From positions 4,898,001-4,962,000 of the forward strand of contig OZ251222.1 in assembly GCA_965240325.2 (NCBI GenBank): a stretch of DNA of 64,000 nucleotides, in the 5' to 3' direction. The translations under genes were made by a program, and so were the position numbers. Below are positions 1 through 10,692 of this stretch, one piece after another. Under the pieces are notes generated by a model. It made no database searches and was not told the DNA's origin. It saw nothing but the letters and a program-made list of their open reading frames with translations. How positions within the stretch are numbered: position 1 is the first letter of the stretch; each line of letters starts with the position of its first letter. This stretch comes from Rebecca billardiae RCC1528 (taxonomy: Eukaryota; Protista; Haptophyta).

Positions 1-725
1 CAGGCGGCGGCGCGGTGCCCCTCGATCATCGCGTTGTACTTGGGCAGCGCGGCCTGGTCGATGACGCAGATGTGGTCCATGTCTCGGAAGAACTCCTCGT
101 AGTCGAGGCAGTACCCCACGACGAAGTGGTTGGGGATCGAGAAGCCGAGGTAGTCGACGACAAAGTGCGACGGGTGGGGCACGCGCTTCTGCAGCAGCGA
201 GCACACGCGGATGGAGGCGGGGGCGTACTGCCGGAGGTGCGGGATGGTGGCGGCCATCGTCTTGCCCGTGTCCACGATGTCCTCGACGAGCAGCACGTGC
301 CGCCCCTTGATCACGTCGAAGTCCATCCCGGTCGCATGCACGCGCACCTCGCCGGTCGACTCTGTGCCCTTGTACGAGGAGACGCGGATGAAGTCGAAGG
401 TGAAGGGGACGGTGGGCGTGCGCCGCGAGTAGCAGCGCTTGAGGTAGGTGAGCAGGTCCGAGAAGAACTGCGCGCCGCCCTTCAGGCAGCACAGCATGTG
501 TATCATGCAGCCGCCGTAGTCGTTGAAGATGTCCTCGGCGAGCTTCTCCGCGCGCGACTGGATGAGGCCCGAGGGGATGAGCACGTTCTGGAGGTCGGAT
601 GCGTAGTGCATCGGGATCGAGAACATCTCGAGCCCGTATGCCGGCACCTCCTCCACGTCGGCGATCCGGATGCACGGCCGAGGGCCGCTCGCCGGGAACT
701 GCGGCTCGCTGCGTTCGAGCTCCAT
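1..725 (-). CDS. HPRT: Hypoxanthine-guanine phosphoribosyltransferase, single exon, ~241 aa; the stop codon probably straddles the window edge
   Basis: Not in the ORF track; translated by hand from the minus strand. ATG at 725 gives MELERSEPQF...IHMLCCLKGGAQFFSDL...FDFIRVSSYKGTESTG...HVLLVEDIVDTGKTM (PRPP-binding motif)...GFSIPNHFVVGYCLDYEEFFRDMDHICVI. The frame ends in TG at positions 2-1. Confidence 0.95.
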   Translation of the reverse strand, partial: MELERSEPQFPASGPRPCIRIADVEEVPAYGLEMFSIPMHYASDLQNVLIPSGLIQSRAEKLAEDIFNDYGGCMIHMLCCLKGGAQFFSDLLTYLKRCYSRRTPTVPFTFDFIRVSSYKGTESTGEVRVHATGMDFDVIKGRHVLLVEDIVDTGKTMAATIPHLRQYAPASIRVCSLLQKRVPHPSHFVVDYLGFSIPNHFVVGYCLDYEEFFRDMDHICVIDQAALPKYNAMIEGHRAAA

Positions 726-959
726 GCCGATCAACGATGACAGGCTCGCCTTGCCGGGCACGGGACCGCTTCTTGCCTTCTTCCTGCTTCCCGCTTCATT
801 TTTGCGGCCGGCCGTGAGAAGGTCCGGCCCGGGCGGCATCGTGCGCTGAACTGTCGGGCTCGCTTGGCCTGCCGCACTCAAGGGTGAGCTCGGTGGAAAA
901 AGAGTCCGGGCCAGACGGCTGCGTGCCGCGTGCCAAGCCGGCTCATTACGAGCGCAGCA
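726..959. promoter_or_regulatory. Short divergent (bidirectional) promoter region between HPRT and the RHD3-like gene
   Basis: 234 bp between two head-to-head ATGs (725- and 960+); no specific motif identified. Confidence 0.45.
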
Positions 960-3001
960 ATGGCCGATCGACGCAGCCGCGTGGCGATGGCCACGGCGGT
1001 GGCGGTCGCCGCGGCGGCGCTCGTGCCGTGCGCGCTGGCGAAGCGCGAGCCGTTCCAGATGATCGACGCGAAGGCGTCCGTCGTGGGCGGCACCGCCGAC
1101 TACGTCGCCGACGCCATGTCCAAGCTGAGCGACGGGCGGCAGGTGGCGGTGGTCGCGGCGCTCGGCCCGCGGCGCGTGGGCAAGGCGGCGCTGCTCAGCC
1201 AGCTGTTCGGCACAAAGTTCGACGACGCGTCGACGGAGGGCGTGTGGATCGCGCCCGCCTCGACCAACAAGGACGTCCTCGTCCTCAACCCCGTCCCCGC
1301 CGACGCGCCCGACTCGGAGCTGACGCCGAAGCGGCTCGCGACGCTGTGCGCGTCGCTCGCGGACGTGCTGATCGTGAACGCGTGGCACACGAGCAGCAGG
1401 CGGCCGACGAGCGCGACAGTGGACACGCTGGCGGGCCTCTTCACAGAGGCGCTCCGCCAGGCCGCCGACGGCGGCGGCGCGCAGCGCACGCGCGTGCTGA
1501 TCGCGCTGCACGGCGGGCCCGCGGACGCGGACAGCGGCGCCGCCGAGGGTGCGCTGCAGCGGCAGGTCGGCGCGATCTGGGCGAGCGTGCCCAAGCCGCC
1601 CGCGCTCGAGGGCGCGCAGCTCTCGTCGCTCTTCGACGTCGAGTACGCCTACCTCCCGCACTACCGCGCGGCCTCGGCGCAGTTCAAGGAGGCGGTGCGC
1701 GCGCCGCGCGCGCCGCGCGCGCCGCGCGCGCGCCGTCGCGCGCGCTGAGCGCCGCGCGCCGCGCGCCGCCACTCGCAGGCGTCCAAGCTGAAGGCGCGCT
1801 TCGCCCCCGACGCGGCCGAGACGGACGGCGCGCTGCTCCGCGCCGAGTACTCCAAGGCGATCGACGCGGACAACCTGTGCGTGCTCGCCGAGCAGCTGTG
1901 GGCGGACGCGTGCGCGGACGCGGACGACGACGGCGTGGGCGTCACGCGCGAGCAGCTGGGCGCGTGCTACGCGGCGAGCGCCGCGCTGTTCGAGGGGACG
2001 CGCGCGGCGGAGCGGCAGCTCGCCAAGTGGCGCGCCACGGTCGGGCGCAAGCAGCTCGTCCCCGCCTTCGGCCAGGCGGGCAAGGCGCTGCTCGGCGCGA
2101 CGCTCGCGCAGTACGACGCCGCGACCGCGGGCGCGCACCCGGCCTCGCGCGCGGTCGGCGCGGCGCGGCGCAAGCTGGGCGGCCACATGCGCGCCGAGCT
2201 CGAGGCGCTGTTCGGCGACCAGGTGCGCATCGTGCAGGCGGAGGCGGTGTCCAAGCTGCGCGAGCTGCTCCTCCTCACCGTCGCGCGGCAGGGCTCGATC
2301 CAGGAGTGGCAGGTGGCGAACACGCAGACGTCGATCGAGCGCTGGTTCACCGCCAAGCTTGCAGAGCTGGCCGTGCCCGAGCTGGCGCTCAACATGGCGA
2401 GTGCGGCCGCGCACCGCGCGCGCGCGCAGGGCGCGTGCTGCGCGCAGGGCGGGGCGCGGGGCGCGGGCGGTGGCGCGCGCTCACGCGCCCCGCGCCTTCC
2501 CCCCGCTGCCCTCCCCCTCCGCGCCTGTGCAGGTGCCGCTCAAGGCCGAGCTCTCGCAGCGGCTGTCCTCCTACGGCGCGCGCTTTGCCTCGTCCGCGAC
2601 CGTGCAGGTGCAGGCGCTGCAGCACCTCGCCGAGAAGGCCAAGGAGGGCAAGGCGCCCAAGGGGCAGAAGGGGATGCAGCTGAGCTACCAGCTCACGGGC
2701 GCGGTGCGCACCGCGGGCACGGGCAACCTGCAGTCCTTCGCCTCGTACGCCACCGGTACGCGCGCGCGCGCCCGCGCGCCACCGCGCGCGCATGCCGCCT
2801 GCGCGCGCGTGCTCACACCGCGCCCTGTGCGTGTGCGCGTGCGCGCTCGCTCGCTCGGCTCCTCGGTGGCGCGCAGGGCCCTACTCGGTCAACATGATGC
2901 TGGCGAACGACCGCGACCTGCCCGAGTCGGCCGCGGCGTCGGGCGTCGCGCCGCCCACGCTGCGGCTGCAGCCCAAGATCAACGTCGACGTCGACTTGTG
3001 A
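960..3001 (+). CDS. RHD3/Sey1 (atlastin-like) family-related protein, ~566 aa, with an N-terminal signal-like segment and degenerate GTPase motifs. Exons 960-1694, 1779-2396, 2533-2755, 2877-3001
   Basis: VAVVAALGPRRVGKAALLSQLFGTKF...STEGVW...LADVLIVNAW...LSSLFDVEYAYLPH resembles the Sey1/RHD3 N-domain (GxQSxGKSTLLNxLFGT.F, TTxGIW, LxDxFD....LPH). GT-AG, GC-AG and GT-AG introns join to 1701 nt, in frame to the TGA at 3001. Confidence 0.72.
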
Positions 3002-3673
3002 GCGCCGACCGCGGCGGCGGCGGCGGTGCCGCGGTGCCGCGCCGAGGGCGGCGCTGCCGCGGGCGGCGCTGCCGCCTGAGCGCGCGCCACGGAGGCGCGC
3101 GTCGGCAGGGCCCGGGTGCGGGCGCCGAGTGGCTCGCTCAGTGAGCGGCGTTCACTGCGGCGGGGCGCAGGGCGGCGGCACCTGTGCTGCGCTGCCGTGG
3201 CTGACGGACGGAGCGGGCCCACGCTCAGCCTTCCCGCCAGGCCGAGTGCCACCTGCCTCCGACGAGCGACGAGTCACGGACACGGGGGCCTCACGGGTCC
3301 GGACGCGGACTGTCTGTAGTGATGAGTGACGACCCGCCGACGCTGCTGTGCAGCCTGCGCTGCAGGCGCACAGCCTGCGTGACGCCATGATACACTGTAC
3401 GCGACGCCTATTCTGACATAGTCAGCCGCCTGACCGATTCAGATAGATTTCCGTGCAGGACAACTCATGAACACGCAGGATCGGGTGCGCAGTCGTGGTC
3501 TCGTCAATCCTTCAGCCGCAGCTCTCGAGCGAGGTCCGGCGCCGGTGCCGCGCGCCCCGGACCACGCCAAAAAGGCCGCGCCCAAGTGAGCCGCCCCGCT
3601 CGCTCGGAGGAGTGGCAGCTCGCATTTCATCGGCCTCCCCGCGCCGCGGAGCAGCGCCCTCGGGCCCGGCGAG

Positions 3674-6600
3674 ATGGATGCCTTCTTCGACGCGATCGGG
3701 GCGAACTTCGGGCACGGCGTGAGCGTGTGGCTCGTCCTCCTCGCGGGCGCCGCCCTCGCGTGCGGCACCGCGTGCTGCTGCTGCGGCGCGCTCGTGTACG
3801 CGCGCGAGAACTGGCACTCGTACAGCGCCATGTCCGAGGACGTGACCGAGCTGACCAAGTCGAAGGGGTGGTGGGGGTACAACTTCGCGTACGTGGCCGT
3901 GACGTTCGGCCTCTTCGTGATGGGCCTGGCCATGCACCAGCTCTCCCTCGCCGCGCGCCACTACGAGTCGGCCGGGCGCGCGCTGTCGCTGCTGTTCCTG
4001 AGCCTCGCGCTGCTCGCCTTCATGCTCAAGTGGGGGATCGAGATGGTGCTCGACGCGGTCGACGCGGTGGCGGAGTGCTTCCGGGGGGAGACGTACGAGG
4101 TCGACATCGTGTACGAGTGGACGTGCTCCACCAGCCCCGCCTCGCTCCTCAAGACGCTCTGCGGCCCCGCGCTGTGCGCGTGCGCCGCGCCCACCATCCA
4201 GCTCTTTGGGGAGCGGAGTGCGCGCACGCGCGGCGCGCGGGGGCTGCGCGGGGGCTGCGCGGGGTGTGCCGTGCGCCATGCCGCGCGGGGTGCGAGCCCC
4301 CTCTCGCCGCGGCCCACGCCCTCCTCGCTCCGCCCTTCCGCGCCGCGCGCCGCGTGGTGCGTGCGTGCGTGCGCGTGCGCGTGCGCGTGCGCGTGCGCGT
4401 GCGCGTGCGCGTGCGCGTGCGCGCGGCAGACAAGATGCAGAAGCCGAAGCGCATCTGGCGCATGGGCAAGTGGTGGGGCGGCGTGGCGACGGACGTGGGG
4501 ATGCACCCGTTCCGCGGCCGGCGCACGGGCGTGACGGCGCACCAGGAGCTCGACGCCGCGCACCCCGAGCTGCGCGTCTCCGACCAGATCACGCGCCTCA
4601 AGATTCATATCTCCAAGTGGGCGATGCCGGGGGCGCGCAAGCTCGAGTTCCTCGAGCTGAGCCTGCCGCCGTCTGCGCTGCTGCTGTACGTGCACACGAT
4701 CACCGTGCGGCTGCGCAAGCCGGGCAAGACGCTGCAGGTGCGCGCGCGCGGGCCCGCCCCGCCCCGCCGCTGCTCGGCGCGCGCCCGCCTCCGCCTCCGC
4801 CTCCGCCTCCGCCTCCGCCTCCGCCTCCGCCTCCGCCCCCGCCCCCGCCCCCGCCCCCGCCTCCGCCTCCGCCTCCGCCTCTGCCACGCGCGCTCAGCCC
4901 TCAGCGCGCTGCTCCGCCCCGCCCCGCCTTCCCGCGCGTGCACACGGCTCGGCGCAGGAGTGGGAGTTCCCCGCGTACACCAAGCTGGGAGGCAACACGC
5001 TCTTCGCGCGCGTCTTCGAGGCGGAGGCCAGCATCCCGTGGTACGACGCGCCCGAGGTGAAGGCCGCGCGCAAGGAGCAGCTGGCGCGCAACAAGGAGCT
5101 GTGGCGCTGGCAGCCGTACACGGGCGCGGCGGGGCTGAAGAACGGCGCGTGGAAGGCGGGCGCCGACGTGGCGCTGCCGAGCGCGCTCGACGCGGGGCAG
5201 GCGGGGCAGCTGCTCGGCATGCCTGTCTCCAAGCAGGCCCAGCTGCCGATCAACTCCCTCTTTGGCGTCTCGCCGGCGGCCGACTTTGTGCGGCCGGCGC
5301 TGCAGGGCGCGCTCGCCTCCTTCGGCGCCAAGTTCGGCGGCAGCCGCGCGGGCGGGCCGCTCGCGCCGTGGGCGTCGGCGCGCGAGGTGCTCGAGACGTA
5401 CGGCGCCACAACGCTCGGCGCGCCGCAGCTCTGGTCCTCCGCCGACGTGAGCAAGGCGTGGCAGACCGACACGGAGTTTTGCGCGCAGCTGCTGCAGGGC
5501 GTGTGGCCGGACGCGATGGCCGTGCCGACCAAGCTGCCGCCGCGCCTCTCCGCCGCGCTCAAGGGCAAGCGGCAGCCCGAGTCGAACCGCCCGTACGACG
5601 AGTTGTGCCGCGCGCGCCAGCTGCTGCTCGTCGACCTGAGCCAGCTGGGCGAGTACGCGCAGTACTGCCAGGAGGGCGGCGCGCTCACCTCGTGCTGTGC
5701 GCGCACCGCGCGCCGCGCGCCGCGCGAGCGCACCGCGCGCCGCGCCGCCGCGCCGCTGCGCTCGCCGCGCGCGGATGTCGCGCCGCTGACGCGTGCGGCG
5801 CACCGTGGCCGCCGTCCCCTTCGCGGTGCGTGCGGTGTGCGCGTGCGTGCGGTGTGCGCGTGCGTGTGTGTGCGTGTGCGTGTGCGTGCGGTGTGCGTGT
5901 GCGCGTGCGTGTGCAGACATTCTGCTCTCGCGCGCGCCCTCGTCCAAGCCGGCCATCAAGCTCGAGGCGATCCTGCTGTGGTGGAAGGTGCAGGGGGCGG
6001 GCGCGGAGCAGCAGGCGCTGTACAGCCCCGCGGACGAGGAGAGCGACTGGCTGCTCGGCAAGAGCTACGCGCGCAGCGCGATGGCGACGCAGCACTTCGT
6101 GACCGTGCGGCTGCTGCACACGCACCTCTGCGTCGAGCCGTACGTGCTCGCCGCGCGCCGCTGCCTGAGCACCAAGCACCCGCTCTTCAAGATGCTCTGG
6201 CCGCACATCCGCTACACGCTGATGACCAACTACCTCACGCGCGCGGCGCTCGTCGGGCCGGGCGGCGCGCTCGACAAGATGTGCGCGCTCGCCGGCCCGA
6301 AGCAGGGCCACATCCTGCTCGCCTGTGACGAGTACGCCAAGTGGGATCCGCTGGGCGAGGCGCTGCCGGCCAAGCTGGGGGCGGCGGGGCTGATGCCCAC
6401 GCAGGGCGTGCTGCCCGAGGGGGCGTACCCGTACCGCGACGCCGCGCTGCCCGTGTGGGCCTTGCTCCGAGAGTACGTGGCGCGCACGCTCAAGACGGTC
6501 TACAAGGCCGAGGCCGACCTCAAGCGCGACTCGGAGCTGCAGGCGCGCGCGCGCGCGCGCGCGCGCGCGCGCAGCGAGTCTCGTGCGCGTCCGACCCTCG

Positions 6601-7190
6601 GCTCAGCGCAGCCCCGCGCGCGCCCCTCGCCCCCCCCCGCCCCCCTTGGCTTGGTGCCGCAGGAGTTCCTGTCCGAGCTCGAGGCGCACGGCTTCCCCAA
6701 GGGGCGCTTCAGCGCCGCGCGCTTCTCCTCCTCGCTGGGCGCGCTCACCGAGCTGCTCAGCACGGTGCTGTGGACCATGTCGGGGCGGCACGCGGCCACC
6801 AACTTCCTGCAGTACGACCAGGGCGCGTACGGCCCCAACTGGCCGCTGTGGATGCGGCAGTACCCGCCGCCCAAGGGGCAGGTGCGCTCGACGGACGAGG
6901 CGCTCGCGTACATGTGCCCGCGCACCGCCTCGGTCGCGCAGGCGGCGGTCGGCTGGGCCCTCTCCGAGTACGGCTCGCCCTGGCTGATGCTCAACCAGCC
7001 CGGCTCGGGCGACCGCTACCAGGAGCTGTTCGCCACCGGGCCGCAGCTCGACGCCGTGCACTGGCTCGCGCGCGAGATGGACGTGCTCGAGGTGGAGGCC
7101 AAGAAGCGCGCGCGCACCACCGCGATCAGCTCGCGGCTGCAGTACGTCGTGCTCGTGCCGTCCAACGTGCCCACCTCCGTCGCGATCTGA
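3674..7190 (+). CDS. Lipoxygenase-like protein, ~914 aa, with ~3 N-terminal TM helices and a PLAT-like region. Exons 3674-4217, 4430-4737, 4958-5696, 5917-6542, 6663-7190
   Basis: LOX motifs: DWLLGKSY, HFVTVRLLHTHLCVEP, HPLFKMLWPHIRYT, YPYRDAALPVW, DSELQEF, SGRHAATNFLQYD..YGPNWP, C-terminal PTSVAI. EWEFPAY and RKEQLARNKELWRW resemble the PLAT/LOX junction. Spliced length is 2745 nt (915 codons). Confidence 0.85.
4356..4423 (+). repeat. Intronic (GTGC)/(GCGTGC)n microsatellite
   Basis: Tandem GCGTGC units just upstream of the 4429 acceptor. Confidence 0.9.
4785..4881 (+). repeat. Intronic (CTCCGC/CCCCGC)n hexamer microsatellite
   Basis: Directly visible tandem hexamers in LOX intron 2. Confidence 0.9.
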
Positions 7191-8059
7191 GCGCGCGGCA
7201 CAGCGCGCGCGCGCGGCCGGGGCCCGGCGGAGGCCGCCCGCCCCGTGTGGCTGCAGCGCCCACGCGCACCGTCCCCGACGCCTGCTGGCGGCCGCGGCCG
7301 CGGCGCCGCGAGGACGGGGGCGTCGCGGCCCGCACGCGGCACGGGCGGCGCGCGCGGCCGACTCAGCGCCATCATGAGCTCGCAGCAGCAGCTCGGCAGC
7401 AGCAGAAGTACTGGCGCGTGTGCCTCTGGACCCTCTTGTCACCGCGCGGCGCGTCGACGCGGTCACATCCATGGTCACATCGTGATCGGCACAGGCGCGG
7501 CCACGGAGCACGCTCCCGGCACCGGGGCCGGCAGGTGACCGCAGTCCGCACCGCGCGGGGCGCCCGTGGAGGCTGCGCACTCAAGTGCAGGCCGGTGAGT
7601 GTGAGACCACGGCCGAACGGCGGCAGCACGCGCCGCAGGCGCCCGCACGGCGCGGCCCGGCGGGACCCACGCTGCGCGCACGCGCGCAGGCAGCAGTCGT
7701 GAGTCGTCGTCGGCGCATCATCAGCGCTCAGCAGCTGCGCTTATGCAGCAGTCTCCGACTACTGCTCAGTCATATCGTCGATCGAATGTATATGTGGCGT
7801 TATAACGGAGTTATAACCGAGTGTGTCGGGAGGCTGGAAAGGCAACGCGCAGCTGGTGGACAAGGGCCGCCATCGTCTTCTAGGTCCTGCAGGTAGTATA
7901 GTTCATAGCAGTTGCAGTCGATTTCCGGAGCTCATCGGCCACGGAGCTATCGTCCTTTATCATCATCATGGCGGGCGCTGGTCCTTTCATATCGGCCAAC
8001 CACACTGGCTCCTCTGTAAGTACCCGCTCCTCTCCACTATCCGGCGCTCGAGATCATAT

Positions 8060-10692
8060 CACAGTGCCGGAAAACTGCTCAGGGTGACGTTTTAAGTTGT
8101 CCGCACCACTAGTCGAATCATCGGACAATTCTGAAGCGGTGCGCCTAAATTCGGCGCACCATAGGCGCGTCGAATCGTGGCACAGACCTTGGTAGCAGGC
8201 CACACCTGAGCGCGCTGCGCGCGCCGACGCGCGCTCGGCGCGGGCAAAAAATCATGCGCCGTTGGCATTACGCAGCCCCGCGCAGCGCTGTGCTCGAGCT
8301 CGGCGGCGGCGAAAGCGGGCGGGCGCACACGGCGGTGCCCGTGCGCGCTGCTCCGAGCGCAGCTGCGGCCACCCCGGCGGCATACCGCCGGTCGAGGGCA
8401 CGAAAACCGATTTTTCGGGAAAATGCAGAGCAGCGGCGCCCGAGCGCGCCCGAGCTCGTCGCAGCACAGTCTCCTGGTGGCTGCGCCCCGTGAAGCCACG
8501 CCACGCGGGGCGCTGGCGTGCGCGTGGCCTGCGCCCACCGCGCGCTGCCCGATCATGGCCGTCGACCGCTCCGAGCGCCTCACCACGCGTGCTCGAGCCC
8601 ACCGATACTGACGCCCGAGCACGGTGCCGGCAGCGCTCGCAGGTGGGCGTCGGAGAAAACACGCCGGCCGAACGAGCTTGAAGCGTCCGCCGCGATGCCA
8701 ACGGCAGCGGACGACGTGCGCGCCACCTCGGCGCCAGTCGCCCAGCCCTTGCGCGGCGGTGCGGGCTCGCTCGTTCGCCGCCATCAGCTGCGCGCGCGCA
8801 GCCCGATCACTGCCCGCTGGTTCTGTTGTCGAGCAGCTGCGGCCTGCCACGCGCACTGCCGGACATTGAGCCACAGCGCGAGCACGCGCCTCGTCTGGCA
8901 CGCGCGAGCACTCAGCATCGTGCGTGGCCACCATGACGCGCCCATCTGCGCCAGCAGCGATGAGCACGCCGCCGTTCAGCTCGCATCGGGCTCGCTCGCG
9001 ACGCAGCAACGCGCGGCCGTAGCGGCAGCAGCGGCGCCGTCGAGCACGCGCAGCAAACAAATATGCAGCGCGGGCGAGTCGACGGTCTGGAAAATGCGCG
9101 ATCACGCCACAGCAGGCTGGCAGAGCCCGCCCGAGCTGCAGCATGCCGTAGGTGCTGCCCCAAGCTCTCGACTGCCCGTAAGCGGCGGCATGTGCGGCGG
9201 CGCCGGCGGCGGCCATGCTGCCACGCCGTTGCGCGCCGCGGGGCGCCGTCGGCACCTCTGTGGTGAAGCGCACAGAGCTCGAGCCCACGGGGGCTGGCGA
9301 CCGTCAAACCGACACCCCATGACGCGGGGCTGCGTGCGCCAGCTGCGCGCACTCCGTGGGCCCACCTAGCCCGCTCGAGCAGCTCGCCTTGGGTGCGCGC
9401 AGCGGCTCGAGCACACTGGTATGGGACGCCTGCCTGCGGTGCCGCCGAGCACATGCGGCCGACGGTCACTCAGCACGGGCGACTCGACGGCGGCGAGCAG
9501 GCGCGACGGCCTCGCCGCGCCGCGGAAAAGCCTGCCCGGGCTGCAGCACGCCGTAGGAGCAGCCCAGCGCCCTCCTCCGCCCTCCAGCTTCGGCGCGCGC
9601 AGCAGGCCCGGCGGCGGCCATGCTGGCGTGCCCAAGCATGAAGATGGGCGCGGCCGGCCGCGCCGTCGCAAAGCGCGCAGAACTCGAGCTCGGGGGGGCG
9701 GACGGCCGCCAAACTGGCGCGGCAGGACGTGGCACTGCGTGCGCCAGCTACGCGCACCCGCTGCGCCCGCGTGGCCCGTGCGAGCGCCGCGCCTCGAGCA
9801 CACGCAGCTGCTCGACACAGCCACGGCAGTGTGGCTTGTGCGCGTGCACGTGATCAGTCTCAGCTCTGAGGCGCGCGCTCAGGAGGGCTGCGGCCGGGCC
9901 GAGCGCGATCTGCGCGGACGGTACAGCCTGGCGGCTCATGCCAGCCAGCCCAAAGCCCGCTCCGCCATCCGCGTCATGGCGCTCCAGCCTCTCGCGTGCT
10001 GCGCTGCAGCCGCGCTCGGCAAAGACGTCGCCCAGCCCGCCTTGCACGCGGCTGAGCAGTGGCAGCCAGGCGAAGCGTCGTCGCGGGCGAGGCTGCGCTG
10101 GGTGATGCGGCTCGGGTCGGTGGGCAAGTCGCACCCCGCCGTCGGTCGCCTCCACGCCTCAGGCTCGCTCGAGGTCAAAGACAACTGCGCGGCGCGGCGT
10201 TTGCGCGGGCGGGCCGCGGGCGTGGCGGGGTGTACGCGTGCAATGTCACAGCCTCCCACACAATTTCAGGAGGGTGAGACGCACCGCCAGCGGCACCCGC
10301 ACACAATCCCACCCTGCGCGAGCCACCTGCCGTGTCGACTGAAGCATCAGGCTCGGGCGCAACCGCGGGCGGTGCATGCAAGAAGCTCGCGAAACGCACC
10401 GCGCGCGCCGTGAGGGCGAAAGGAGAGCACCCGTCAGGGCGGCGAGGAACTTGCCCAGCGCCACGCGGAAGACGACCCCAGCCCGCGTCGACGCATAGTC
10501 GGGCCCGCGAGCAGCCTCGTCGGTCTTCGCCGAGTAGATCGCGCCGCGAGCCGAGGCACCGCTCGTTTGAGGCTCCGTCCGCCGCGAAGTCGCGGCTTCC
10601 ACCCGAGTTCCACTGTCCGGCCGAGACCGGATTCGCTGACTCGAGCTGCGGACCGTCCGAAGCGTCACGGAAAATTCCAATCCTGCACTGTG
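8060..10692. mobile_element. Non-autonomous DNA transposon (2633 bp) with CACAGTG...CACTGTG termini, ~55-bp block-conserved imperfect TIRs and an apparent 4-bp ATAT TSD
   Basis: Left end and reverse-complemented right end both read CACAGTGC(C/A)GGA-N12-GTGACG-N9-GTCCGCA-N5-AGTC. ATAT is present at 8056-8059 and 10693-10696. A second copy starts at exactly the same heptamer (62044). No transposase was recognised. Confidence 0.88.

Noticed and set aside
15-740. 241-aa plus-strand ORF
   Set aside because: Antisense shadow of HPRT, which has clear family motifs on the minus strand.
8060-8100. Full RAG recombination signal (heptamer-12/23-nonamer)
   Set aside because: No ACAAAAACC-like nonamer at 12 or 23 nt from either heptamer, and the two ends have equal spacing.
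8092-10413. ORFs of 150-400 aa inside the CACAGTG element (and duplicates at 62-64 kb)
   Set aside because: Arg/Ala/Cys-rich GC-driven translations with no DDE transposase or other recognisable motif.
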